Below, piece by piece: positions 18,401 to 31,132 of a stretch of DNA of 64,000 nt; position 1 is the stretch's first letter, and each line of letters starts with the position of its first letter. The translations under genes and the position numbers were made by a program. The notes under the pieces are model-generated. The model did not search any database, was not told the origin of the DNA, and was given only the letters and a program-made list of their open reading frames with translations. Source of the DNA: the human T2T-CHM13v2.0 reference genome, Homo sapiens; the NCBI GenBank assembly GCA_009914755.4, contig CP068257.2:20064001-20128000 (forward strand), read 5' to 3'.

Positions 18401-19280
18401 TGATTTAATGCTTCACTGCAATTCTAGCAGGTGGAAATAGAAATCAAAAATAAAATTTGGTACATTTTGTGCTCTGAAATAAACTGTAATTATATGTTCT
18501 TTTATAAAATTTAGTAAATAAGAAGGAAAAAACCAGAAGCTCCGTTGGCCAGCTATTCAGAAATATCAGAAAAAGCAAAAATCTAGAATCCTGATTAGGA
18601 TTCAGAATTCTCAATAAATTAAGCTCTTTGTTCAATGATGTTAGAAGTATAAGAAGGTTTATGGGACCCCAGTTGGCAGAAGATGCTAACATTTGGCTCA
18701 TTATTACTTATATTCAAGAAGCAGTGGTGATATATAAACACTCTAAAATATTTGCTTTTTTTGTAACACCATATCTCTAAGGTACTGCACATGTAAATCA
18801 TTAACATGTAAAGAATAAAAAAAGATAACGTTTAATTCTGTATTTGCATTATCATTAATTAGTAAATTTAGATCAATATTGTGTGAACCATACATTTTCT
18901 ATTCTCTATTATGGGATATTCATGTAATTATGTGTGAATGAATATAGACACAGGACCTGTAGAAAATCAATAACTAGGATAAAAATCACATTAAGAACTA
19001 GAATATTGAGAATTTTGAGAAACTGAGAAAATTGAGAAGTTATGTGAAATGGAAATTTAGAAAATGAAGCAGACAATGTTGCAAAATATTACTTTATGTA
19101 CCTGTTTTTCTGTTTTACATAACTTACAGCTACTTTCTTTGGGAATATAATCATAATAAATGTCTATAAAATTTAAGGCATATATCAGATTATACCGCAA
19201 GTACTATGAGTTTCTATATGGTTTTGAAAATCCTAAAGGTTTTCAAACAGTGTAAAGACATTAAAGACTTTTTACTAATA

Positions 19281-20040
19281 TTATTTTAACTATACGTGTA
19301 TATATAGTATAGTATACTTATATAGTATATTACGCTATACTTTATATACACACATACACTATAGAGTATAGTATATAGTATATACTATACTTTATTATAT
19401 GTAAAGTATATATACTGTATACTCATAGTATATACTATATACTCTATATACATAGTGCATATACTATACTCTCTATGCTATGCATAGTATACAGTATATA
19501 CTATATTCTATGTACTCTATATATAGTGTATATACTAGACTATGCTATGCATAGTATATAATATAGTTGATATAATCTATATACATAATATATATACTAA
19601 ATTCTGTATACTGTATATACATAATATATATACTATACTATATACTCATAGTATATGAGAATATATACTATATACTCATAGTATATATTATACTCTACAT
19701 AGTATATATTATTCTATAAAGTATATGCTATCTAATCACACAGAACTGCACCGTTTCCAAACAGGAAACTTTAACATTTTTGTGTCTTTTTATTCTATCT
19801 CATCCTACCCCTTTATCATACTCTGTATAGTACATACTCTGTATTGTATATACTATCTATATATGGTATATACTTTACAGTATATACTGTAGACTATATA
19901 TGATTCATTATATTATATACTATATACTATACTCTATACTCCTACTATATACTATACTCTGTATTCATACTATATACTATATTATATATACTATACTCTA
20001 TATAGATATTATATGCTATACATCATAATAGTGTATATTT
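19281..20040. repeat. complex TATAC/TATAGTATAC-type self-complementary AT-rich array, block 1 (about 760 bp)
   Basis: Hundreds of bp of tatactatatactata / tatagtatatactatac / ctatgctatgcatagtatac units. The array is interrupted at 19734-19819 by a unique insert. Confidence 0.85.
19734..19819. repeat. copy A of a low-copy duplicated segment of about 86 bp, embedded in TATAC array block 1
   Basis: aatcacacagaactgcaccgtttccaaacaggaaactttaacatttttgtgtctttttattctatctcatcctacccctttatcat aligns at about 85 percent with 21810-21898. Confidence 0.6.
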
Positions 20041-20239
20041 CATCAATTATTTAGTTGCAGTTGTATAAAAATGTTACAACAAATGCTAGAGTCCTTCCCT
20101 TTCTTTCTCAGTTTACAGAGGCATTGGTTACCTAGTATTCACCAAATGAGTATAAGGAGTTTTTATCAAGTTAAAAAAAATTATCATTTTTCATCAGTAA
20201 TTAATTTCCACCAACTTTTCAGTAACGTGAAGTGATGAA

Positions 20240-20642
20240 GTATACACTACTATGGTATACTATAGTGTACAGTATACTATATACCATTTACTCCCATCAT
20301 TAATGGGGTTATATACTATATACTATAATATATAGTATAGTACATTATACTATATGTATACTACACTATAATACGTATACACACATACTATACAAATTAT
20401 ACTATATACTATATAGTATCATATACTATACTGTATATACACACATATAGTATATAGTATAGTATGCTATAATATACAGTACAGTATTATATATACATAA
20501 ATAGTTATAGTGTACAGTGTAGTATAGTATACCATAGTATGTATCACACATAGTTAAAATATTAGAAAAAATTTTTAATATACACATATATGTATACACA
20601 CACATATATACACACATATTTATATATATAGGTACACATATA
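20240..20642. repeat. complex TATAC/TATAGTATAC-type array, block 2 (about 400 bp), ending in (CA/TA)n
   Basis: gtatacactactatggtatactatagtgtacagtatactatatacc ... tatagtatatagtatagtatgctataatatacagtacagtattatatat ... acacatatatgtatacacacacatatatacacacat. Confidence 0.85.
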
Positions 20643-21809
20643 ATGTTATTTAGTTTTTATTTATATCTAAATTTGTGCTATGGCTAGCCCTCATGTCACA
20701 TTTTTGTGAGAAAAGACTTTAAGAATCAGTTCTATGGTGAACTGTTTGAACTCTCTGTTAACTTTTCTAATAATACAGAACAAAAAATATAGAGATCATA
20801 AAAATCAGCTGGGAAAGAACTGACTTGGAAAGAGAATAAAGACATAGGCAACATAAAACATAACCAACCTAATCCATATTTAAGCTTTTTTTCAGCTAGT
20901 TATGCATCAGATAGAAAAGCATAGGCTGTAATGTGTTTGTTACAAATGATTTTTTAAAGAGTATTAGTCAGACATATTATTCAAATTCAAATAGCTTGTA
21001 AAATCCATAATATTAAGTCTTTAAGTGAAGAAAGACAAACTTGATAAGTTAATATAGTTTTTGTGTCTGATAGTTAAGTCTAAAAGTAAAGGCTCTACAA
21101 TTGAAACATTCTGGGTCTAAATCTCAGTTTGTATTACTTTGTGATGGTGGACAATTTGCTGAGCCTTTTTTTCTGAGTCTTAGATATTTTTATCTGTACA
21201 AGAGGCTTAGCAATAGCACCAACTTCATGAAATTGTTAGGAATATGACATGGTAAATGGAAATAAAGCAGTTATTCTAATGTCTGACAGAAGAAAGAGCC
21301 CAAATAAATTGTTAACATAGCTTTAATCAATTAGCTACCTCATGTATTCCAAAATTATATGATTCAAATTTACATTCACAGAGTAATTACTTCGCTTGCC
21401 TCTCTTCACCTTTGGTTAGTTACTATCTTTATGTTTATTTCTTCCATTTTCTTGATCCTTTTTCTCTCTATTGTCCTTCTTACACCCACAGGCAAGGCTA
21501 CGACACGATTACTATTGACTAAATTATGCCCGTGCCCAAATTCAGACGTTGAAGTCCTAACCCCTAGCCCCCCTCAGAAGGTGACTGTAATTGGAGATAG
21601 GACCTTAATGAGGTATGTAATGTTAGAAGAGGTAATCTGAGTGAGCCCTAATCCAATATGACCTGTGATTTTTTTAAGAAGAGGCAGAACCACTACAGAT
21701 GCTTGTTCACAGAGAGGTCATGTGAGAACACAGCGAGAAGGCAGGACAAGGAGAGAGGCTTCAGGAAAAAATAACCCTGATGACACCTTGATCTCGGACT
21801 TCCACTCTT

Positions 21810-21898
21810 AATGACACAGAACGGCATCACTTGCAAACTGAAAACTTAAACGTTTTTGTGTCTATTTATTCTATCTCATCCTTCCCCTTTATCATCTG
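21810..21898. repeat. copy B of the same duplicated segment, in unique sequence
   Basis: aatgacacagaacggcatcacttgcaaactgaaaacttaaacgtttttgtgtctatttattctatctcatccttcccctttatcatc. The downstream catctgatcatgt motif loosely parallels the catactctgtat units that follow copy A. Confidence 0.6.
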
Positions 21899-22303
21899 AT
21901 CATGTTTAGTGCATCTGATATTTTCCTTCATCTGATCATGTATTCTTCAGAAATTTTCCATGTATTAGTTTTTCATTCTACTTTTAGTCTTAATTTTTTT
22001 TTTTGTTATCCTGTCTACATTGAACCATGTCAGTTGTCCTATCCAGAGCACTCTTGATTTTCCTCTGACCTTTAATGAGATCAAACATAAAACTTGCTAT
22101 GTTTGGATGAGCCTTTCTTCACTTACCACCGCATCACTGCTAACGTTGCAAAGGAAAATTGTAAATATAGATGATTGTCTACTTAAAATTCCTGTCACTC
22201 AGAATTAGGTAATTTCTCATTGTTAACTTTTACTCATTTAAATTATTTTACTTAATACATAATCTAATATGTCCTTTTCCACTTTTATTAAGCTCCCAAA
22301 TAA

Positions 22304-22684
<381 letters not shown>

Positions 22685-24483
22685 AAGTTTGTCTTCTGAA
22701 TAGCTTCCTCAACACATTGCATAAGACAACAGCTTGTCTATTTAAACTTACATAAGTACACACATGCACACATACATATAACAGTTGTGAATTTTGTCAC
22801 AGAGCTTACAGAATTTCTATAAACTTTATGTTCTACCCACCATATTTATTTTGGTTTCTCAAGATTATATTTTATTATCTTCCACCCTTCCCAATTTCTC
22901 TTTATGTCACCTTTATAGAGTGATTGCCCTATTGGAATGTATCCCTGGGTTTAAATCTTAACTTTTCTATAAAGTCATTTATCTTATTGTTCCTTTGACA
23001 CCACACACAACAGCCAAGAACATGTCCTTCCCCACTCGTGTATCCAGGCCAGATACATGAAGCAACACAATCTGGTTCTCTGGGCCCAGTGGAAAAGGCT
23101 AAGTCTTCTTTCTATTGGGGAGATCAGTTACTTGGCTTCCTTATTTCACCCTGTTACTTTCAAAAGCTGACCTGGGTTCCTAATTAATTGAAAAAATGTA
23201 AAACTTATTTTTACTATGTACTTTCAGAACTTTCTTTATGCATGAAACTTCCCTTTATGTTCATCCACCTTCTCTTTATTCTGTTCTATCTTTGAGTGAG
23301 ACGTTGACTATCATTTCACCAGAGCCAATTCTGCCATTTGTATCCTCTGTTCAATCTATTCTATCTCTAGGGATTTTGTTCCATTATTTCCTTATTCTGC
23401 CATGCTTCTCAAATCTTTCTCCATGGAACCCTTTTAACTACAAAAATTCTTATGATTTTCTAAGCTTCAAACCCATTTTCTCTTGCTACCACTCTAATAT
23501 AATATCTTCTCTATTTCATTATAATTGACATCAAATTTCTCTGTCTCTCCTTTAGCTCTGCTAGTCTTTCATCTCATTACTCTTTTAACATTACAACAAT
23601 GACTTCACAATGGCAACTTTCATAGCATTTCCAGAAACCTCTTCCTTCTCAACTACTCAGTACCATTTTATAAAAGGCTCCACTTTTCTAGGTCTATAAT
23701 CTCTTATACAGGATTGAAAAAATTGCAGAATGCTAATGAGAGTCACGTTCTAAAAATTACTTTCTGGGAAATAAGTAAGCTAAGGAAAGAGAGAATTGAA
23801 GCCCACATGCTTTAAGAAAGGATGAAGATTCAGAGTTCAAAATGATGATGATTGTAGGAGCGTGTATGTCTCATATGAATCATTTGATACTAGGTGATGA
23901 TTTCATAGAAATCATTAAAAGATAGCTAGGGCTTAAGAATATAAGAACAACAACAAAAAAAGAAAGCTGTTTTACTGATAACTCTGTAAAACACTGAAGC
24001 ACAAATCAGAATACATTGGTTCTGCAATAGCAAAGGAACAAAGAGTGACTGGCAATCTTCGTGTTTCACAAACTATTAGAACATGTGTTCATTCTTCATA
24101 GAACTTATAACATAATTAATGTATGAGAGTCCATTATTTTGTAATGTAAAGTATGAGAGTGTCTACACACATTTTTGGTTTTTTTTCTGGGGACTATTAT
24201 TAAAATAAAAAATACTTTCATCTTTAGATGCAGCATTGACACCTAAGAATCTATACAAAAGAAATAAAAGTGAAGTCATGTAAAGGTATATGTACAAGGA
24301 TGTTAATTTCAGCATTTTTTTAAGTAGCAAAAATTAGAAACAGAGATCTTGTCATCAGTTTTAAAAAATAGACAAAGCATGGTGTATACACCAGGAAAAT
24401 ACATGCCATAAAAATTACACAGCCATTAAAAATATTAATTTCCATTATTCCAGTTTAACTAGAAGAGTTCTCTAAGTCGTTTT

Positions 24484-24530
24484 TTTGTTTTGTTTTGTTT
24501 TGTTTTGTTTTGTTTTGTTTTGTTTTGTTT
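24484..24530. repeat. (GTTTT)n, the Alu A-tail derivative (AAAAC)n on the Alu strand
   Basis: ttttgttttgttttgttttgttttgttttgttttgttttgttt. Confidence 0.95.
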
Positions 24531-24816
24531 GAGATGGAGTCTCCCTCTGTCGCCCAGGCTGGAGTGCAGTGGCGCGATCTCGGCTCACTGCAAGCTCCGC
24601 CTCCCGGATTCACGCCATTCTCCTGACTCAGCCTCCTAAATAACTGGGACTACAGGTGGCCGTCACCTTGCCCCGGTTAATTTTGTTTTTATATTTTTAG
24701 TAGAGACGGGGTTTCACCGTGTTAGCCAGGATGGTCCCGATCTCCTGACCTCGTGATCTGCCCGCCTCGGTCTCCCAAGGGGCTGGGATTACAGGCGTGA
24801 GCCACCGCGCCCGGCC
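24531..24816 (-). mobile_element. Alu SINE, antisense, young (AluY-like, CpG-rich), with 15-bp target-site duplication
   Basis: gagatggagtctccctctgtcgcccaggctggagtgcagtggcgcgatctcggctcactgcaagctccgcctcccgg...ggcgtgagccaccgcgcccggcc. Flanking direct repeats are tctctaagtcgtttt at 24467-24481 and cctctaagtcatttt at 24818-24832. Confidence 0.95.
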
Positions 24817-25580
24817 CCTCTAAGTCATTTTTAAGTTAAAAAAGTAAGGTATATCAAAAGTTGTGTATCATTTTAAAAATTTTTTTAAAAGGAAGGATGC
24901 TTACTATGTGCGATGGTTAATTTTGCATGTCAGCTTGACTGAGTCACAGGGTTCCCAGACATTTGGCCAAAATTTATTGTGAGTATTTCTGTGAGGATGT
25001 TTCTGGATAAAAATAGCATTTGAATTGATAGGCTGAGAAAAACAGCTTGCCCTCCCTAATGTGGTTGGACCTCATCTAGTCTGTTGACGGCCTCAATGGA
25101 ACAAAAATGCTGACCATCCCATCAGCAGAAAGGAACTGCACAGACTGCCTTGAGCTGGGATCTTGGTTCTTTCCTGCCTTTAGACTTGAACTGAAATTCT
25201 GGCTTTTTCTGGGTCTTGAGCCTGCCAGCACTGGAACATTAACTACGCCACGGGCTCTTCTGGGTCTCCAGTTTGCCAACTTCTCTTTGTGGGCCTTGTC
25301 TGTCTTTGTATATGTACATCTTATTGGTTCTGTTTCTGTGGAGAACCCTGACCAATACAAAGTTGATGTAATCACTCAAGGCATTGAATTCACACAAATT
25401 AGAGATTTTAACCAAAATTAAGTCTCTATAATTCCAAGTATGTAAGTTATCACAAGGAACAGGGAAGCCTCAGGAAAAGGAACACAGCTCTCCAGGTGCT
25501 TCCTTATGATGTTGAGTATATTTTATGGCCAAAATTAAAATATGTGTCTTCCATGTAATAACTGTGGCCACATAAATTAA

Positions 25581-25600
25581 ACACACACACACACACACAT
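25581..25600. repeat. (CA)n dinucleotide repeat
   Basis: acacacacacacacacacacat. Confidence 0.9.
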
Positions 25601-27425
25601 GCTAAATATTTCAGTCAAGGAACATCTCCATTTTGCTCAGATGGTAACAAAGCTTACATGACATTTTCCCAGAAGCCATGCCTAGTCAATGTCACCAACT
25701 TGTTTGACAGGAAGTGTGCCATTACCATGCTTACAAGCAGCATAGATCAGGTTGACCATCTGTCTTCTTTCTTGTAGAGGTGAATGCCCTCCCATCATTG
25801 AGGACAGGTGGCTGAGCTGCTGCTTTCATCATTTATTTCCAAGTACTGATATGCATGATCCCATAGGTAGCTGAAGTAGGGGCAAGCAAAATAAATAAGT
25901 AAATAAATAATAAAGCTTTATGAAAAAGAAAAACAGGTTATAGGATAAAGCTTCATTTGTGCAAAATATTTATATAATGAACTATATGTGCATTTTTATA
26001 TTTTAAAAATGCATACTATAGATGCATTTTTAAATGTTTCACCCATTACACTTGTTACAGAGCTTTGCATATTATAGGTATTCTGTATGTATGTATGGAA
26101 AGAGTGCTTAAATCTACTGTTAAAATAATACATGAAACAATCAAAAACCGTATGTCATATATAATAATATAACATTATTTCAAAATTAAATGTTGCCCCA
26201 AAACCCCATGAAAGTAATTCTTTTGGACAAATTTTGCTGGAATAGGTTAGACTGAGTAGAAAACATTTCACAAAAATATTACGGGGTTCTTATTTACCCA
26301 TGAACATTGATGGAGGGCTGAAAGAGAACAAAAAATATCAATGCCCATTTCATAAATTGCTGGAGAAATTTGCTATGAATATTGAAATCATGAGTTTTAT
26401 TATTCTTCTACTTCTCCTAATGCACATGCATATCCCATCTTTGGCTCACATTGTGAATATTCACTATTCTCAACTGATTTTTCTCAAAGAGTAAAAATCT
26501 AAAGGTGATATTTTTGGTTAAGGGTGTTATGAGAAAATCGAAATACTTCTTATATGATCAGATAAAATAAGAGGAAATCATGCAAATATAAAGTTTAATA
26601 ACATTTAGTAAAGCAATGTTCCTCTAAAGTTTAACTCTAAAGCTTAGAGTGTAGGAAGGAAAAATAATTTTCAAAATTTGCAAGAAAAATGGGTGCAACA
26701 ATATGGAAGTTTGTCTCTTTCTTCCCCCTTCTCCTCCTCCTCCTTCTCTTTCTCTTATTTTTCTCCTGCTTATTATGCTGTTCCTCCTCTGTCCCCTAGC
26801 ATTCTTGATTATCTACTGTTATGCGAAAAATATCCTATCAGATTTGATGAATAAATAACAGTAACATCTCTAATTTATGTATTTTTTACACTGTAAGAAA
26901 ATTGGCTGGCAGATTTTTATTTTAGATATCTTATTTTTGAGCATCTATAATATGGCACACAATGAATGTGCCTAATTAAGTGAACCAAAATGTTATTAAG
27001 AAGATGTAGTGAGTTTTTAATGACACTATTTCATGAAATATACTTCCTGTACACTACATCTCATTGAAATGTAAGAAAATTGTTCAATGAGTATATCATT
27101 CTACCTAGAACTTTTTTTTTTTGAGCTGGATTTAATGTGGTTAGGAATTTATTGCTTGTAAAACATATTTGTAATTCCTGGAATTAGTTCATTAATGTAT
27201 ACAGGTAATTCTCAAAAACAGAAAACAATTTGAATATCTATTAGGAAATATTATGGAGGAAACTGTATTTTAAAACCAGAGAGTAGAAAATTTAAGAGTG
27301 AATTAGATAGAATATATTGTTCTCTCACAGTATGTTTTTATATTATCAATTTTATTCCATTCATACCATTCTCTGTTCATAGACTGCAGTGTCCTCTGTC
27401 TGCTTCACACCCTACAGGACATACA

Positions 27426-27737
27426 AACATACTTCTTTTTTTTTTTTTTTTTTTTTTTGAGACAGAGTCTCCGTCTGTTGCGCGGGCTGGAGTGCAGTGG
27501 TACAATCTCGGCTCACTGCAACCTCCGCCTCCCAGGTTCAAGCAATTCTGTTGCCTCAGCCTCCCCAGTAGCTAGGATTACAGGCACCTGCCACCGCTCC
27601 CAGCTAATTTTTGTATTTTTAGTGGAGACAGGGTTTCACCATGTTGGCCGGGATGGTCCCGATCTCTTGACCTCGTGATCCGTCTGCCTCGGCCTCTCAA
27701 AGTGCTGGGATTACAGGTGTGAGCCACCGCTCCCAGG
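27426..27737 (-). mobile_element. Alu SINE, antisense, with 23-nt poly(T) tail (body 27449-27737)
   Basis: t(23) gagacagagtctccgtctgttgcgcgggctggagtgcagtggtacaatctcggctcactgcaacctccgcctcccaggttcaagcaattctg...ggattacaggtgtgagccaccgctcccagg. Confidence 0.95.
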
Positions 27738-27975
27738 CATACACTTTTGCATTAACATTCTACTTATCTACAGCATTAAGAAATGTCAGAGAGGATTCTT
27801 CCCTGAAGTATGTACCTTTTATTACATCATTACTTTTTAAAAACAGCATTTTAAGATTATTCAATCATTGGTATGCATTCCCATCACATTTATTTCTAGT
27901 TGTTTTGTTGCAAATTAGTATTGCACTAATATGCTTTCAATATCCCATAAAGTTTCTGCAGGGATCTCTTATGTA

Positions 27976-28431
27976 CAGTAGTCCCTCCTTATTTGCAGTT
28001 TCATTTTCTGCAGATTTAGTTACCTGCAATCAAGTCCAAAAGTATTAAATGGAAAATTCTGGAAATAAGCAATTCATAGTTTTAAATTTCATGCGGTTCT
28101 GAGTAGTGGGATGAAATCTCACACCATCTATTTGGTTCTCCTCCATCACAAGAAGAAGAGTGAGTATAGTACAGTAAGATATGTTGAGAGAGAGAGAGAT
28201 CATATTCATGATCTCTTTTATTACAGAATGTTGTTATAATTGTTCTATTTTATTATTAGTTCTTACAGTTAATCTCTTCATGTGCCTAATTTATGAATTA
28301 AATTTTATCATAAGTATGTTAGTATAGAAAAAAATATAATACAGTTTATATAGGGTTCAGGACTATCTGAGGTAACAGGCATCTCCTGGAGGTCTTGGAA
28401 TGCATCCACCAAAGATAATGGGGGACTACTG
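27976..28431. mobile_element. Non-autonomous DNA transposon (Tc1/mariner-pogo superfamily, Tigger/MER44-like MITE) with terminal inverted repeats and TA target-site duplication
   Basis: The 5' terminus ta|cagtagtccctccttatttgcagtttcattttctgcagatttagttacctgcaatcaagtccaaaagtattaaatggaaaattctggaaataa and the 3' terminus ...ccaccaaagataatgggggactactg|ta form an inverted repeat. The element is about 456 bp, has no coding capacity, and has an AT-rich interior. Confidence 0.75.
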
Positions 28432-29334
28432 TAATAGCCGTATTACCTTTTTTACAAGTGTTTTCTTACAGAGGTTGAAAATTTTTTTCAATGGCATTAA
28501 AATGTAGTATTTAATCTGCTTGAATTTCACAGATTTTTTTCAGATTTTGAGTAACTCATATTTCTATCGTATTAGAACATTAATATACGAGATGATCCCC
28601 GTTTTTAGTTCTTCACACACTCCCACCCAATCTGGCATAATTATTCACAGCTTCTTTTATCTTAGGAAGAGAAAGCACAACCTAGTTTCACGCATTCCTC
28701 ATTTTCTCCATAGAATATTTCATAATACTTGTTGAAAAAACATCATGTACTCTAAATTTCACCTAAGGATTCAAAATTATTTGGCCTTACTTAAAAGATA
28801 TTTAAGTATGCATTAAAGAAAAATAACTGCCGTGTTATAATAATACTTTCTGTGTTATTTTTGAAGCTTGGGAAATACACCTTTCTGAAAATTGAATTAT
28901 TTAATAATTTTCTTCTATTAAATTTTTAAAAAGTAACTGATAAAATGCAGCTGGGTGAGTTTTTTTATTAAAAGCCTTACAAACGATTGTTCAGATGTTA
29001 GTGATAGTTAAAACTGAATCAACTTTCAAATCAACAGAAAAATTACCTTAATAGATTATATACATAAAAATATAAACTGTTTCATAAGCCACCTGTCAAT
29101 CAATGATCACAGAAATGTTACTCACCAAAACAACCAAAATATTGGATACTTCCAAAGGCATTGGTAGTTCAGTGATAGAATTCTTGCCTAAATATTGGAA
29201 ACAGTTTTATTATCTGTTTTTATAATATTTTAGTCTGTTATTTTTCAACATTAAGAAATATAAAACTGAAGAAAGATTGCGTATCAACACAAAAGTCAGC
29301 ATGTCTTTTACATGAAAACTTTTTTTAAAAAATA

Positions 29335-29480
29335 AACATTTTGTTTCAGGCTTACATATGCAGGTTTGCTATATGGGTAAATGACCTGTGGCAAGGGTTT
29401 TGGTGTACAGTTAATAAGCATGGTACCTGACTGGTAGTTTTTTGGTCCTCAGCCTCCTCCCACCCGTCACCCTTAAGTTA
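29335..29480 (-). mobile_element. LINE-1 3'-end fragment, antisense, diverged
   Basis: gcaggtttgctatatgggtaaatgacctgtggcaagggttttggtgtacagttaataagcatggtacc...cctcctcccacccgtcaccc resembles the reverse complement of the L1 3'UTR/ORF2 end (gcaggtttgttacatatgtatacatgtgccatg...ccctccccc). A T-rich stretch precedes it. Confidence 0.5.
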
Positions 29481-31070
29481 TAATTTCTGAAAATTCTTTA
29501 GGTTTGCAAATCATTGATGTAGGAAAAATATTCTCCAAAAATTCCCTGATTCCATAAATCATTGTTCTTGAAGCCAAAAAAAGTAAACTGATCAAACCAC
29601 AGTTTTATATGATTGGAAAAATGTTCACTTGAACATTGACAAAATAAAGATTACCTAAGAGATTATATACTTTTAAAACTAAAAATATCACTTTAACCTT
29701 TCTCTTATTATTTATTTACACAACGTTATGAATCAAGATTCAGAGAATTAGTATTAGAAATCCATCCTCAGGATGTGCACGCCAGAACTGGTGAATCTGG
29801 GCTCTATTAAAACATATTACATTATTCAAGATGAACAGTCATGAATCACATGAATCATAAACTTAAATTTTTTAAAAGTTAGAAAAGAAAAAAATAATAA
29901 AGTACACATTTTGCCTATTTCTAATGTCTTTCCTTTATAGTTGTAAAGGGATATAAACTGTATGTTAGTTCATACATAGCCTATACGAACAAATAAAATA
30001 CTTCCAAAAATACATTGCATAGCTTAGTGTCTCCTGTGGCTATAATAATTCTTTATTTTGAAAAGAAAAAAACTTTTAACCTCTATAATGGAGTTTAATG
30101 GTTCAATGATTGAACCGCTGAAAGAGGCTGCTGAACTTGAAGCTATTATACTTGGTATTTCTGTGCTTTGTTTAGTGATGCTGGGACTGCATCTCAGCAA
30201 GACACATCTCTTTTTGTTTTACTCACCTTTCAATAGATTCTGTTAATAAGAAGACCCACAAGGAGATTGGAAGGCAGGAAGGTAGAGAAAGGACTGAATC
30301 TGTTTCATTTGTAAGCTGTTCCCAACAGCTTCTCCCCAGAAATTAACGTAAAAACCGGCAGTAGCTTCTTTCAGCTCACCCAAGGCTAGTCTCATGCATT
30401 CTCCCGCGAGGGGTGCCCGCAAGAGCCTGGTAACATCCTGTCCTGAAGGTCTTAGCCCCATTTCATGGGATCCCTTCTCCAATTTTCTAGGTTTCCAGAA
30501 CCCCAACTTCCTCCTGTTGCTCCTCTAGCCTGACATCTTTCTTTGTTACCTGAATGATTCTCTTTTGCTTTGTTAGCTTTCCAGCACCCATATAACAAAT
30601 TACACTAACTTACTTCTGTGAAAATACCTCATCTGGTTTCTGTTTTCTTGACTACATCTTTACCAAACAAACTATTCTTCTTTTCCTCCTTATTACACAT
30701 TTTCTCCTTTCCTCTCTGTCTTCCTGCCCTCCAGTGAGGCGTTAGGATCCTTCCCAACACATACTTGCACTCAAGTCATTATTCCAAACATTGCTCCTAG
30801 GAACACAAACTAAGAAATATCGTAAAAATATTCATGCAGACTGGTTCAAGTTTTGCTGCTTTCAAGATACAAAGGTAGTGCCTGGATATTTTGCAGCAGC
30901 AGCTATTTTGATTTTGATATTATGGGACATCTGAAGGGTAGTCAAAATTTTGTTTAACACATACTTGACTGAGTTTTAATCAGGTGTCTGGCACTGCTCA
31001 AAGTGTAGAAGGAACATAGGTAAAAGACAATCTGTTTTCAAAAGCCTAAGAAGGAAAAGAGGATGGACTA

Positions 31071-31132
31071 TATATATATATATATAAAATTTTTGTTTTG
31101 TTGTGTTTTGTTTTGTTTTGTTTTGTTTTGTT
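31071..31132. repeat. (TA)n followed by (GTTTT)n, the evolved A-tail of the adjacent antisense Alu
   Basis: atatatatatatatataaaatttttgttttgttgtgttttgttttgttttgttttgttttgttt. Confidence 0.9.

Noticed and set aside
17204-20305. Shared motif ctcccatcattaatgg at 17210 and 20290, with a related ctcccatcattaaaac at 17398
   Set aside because: The match is only about 15 to 16 nt with no extended flanking similarity. It is consistent with chance in 64 kb of AT-rich sequence.
20426-20617. 63-aa ORF MCVYMCVYTYMCILK...
   Set aside because: It is a translation of the TATAC/CA-rich array. Low-complexity artefact.
19281-20642. TATAC-type arrays considered as a possible CRISPR-like repeat-spacer array
   Set aside because: The units are variable in length, overlap, and are built from one motif family. 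There are no constant-length direct repeats separated by unique spacers of constant size. The organism is eukaryotic.
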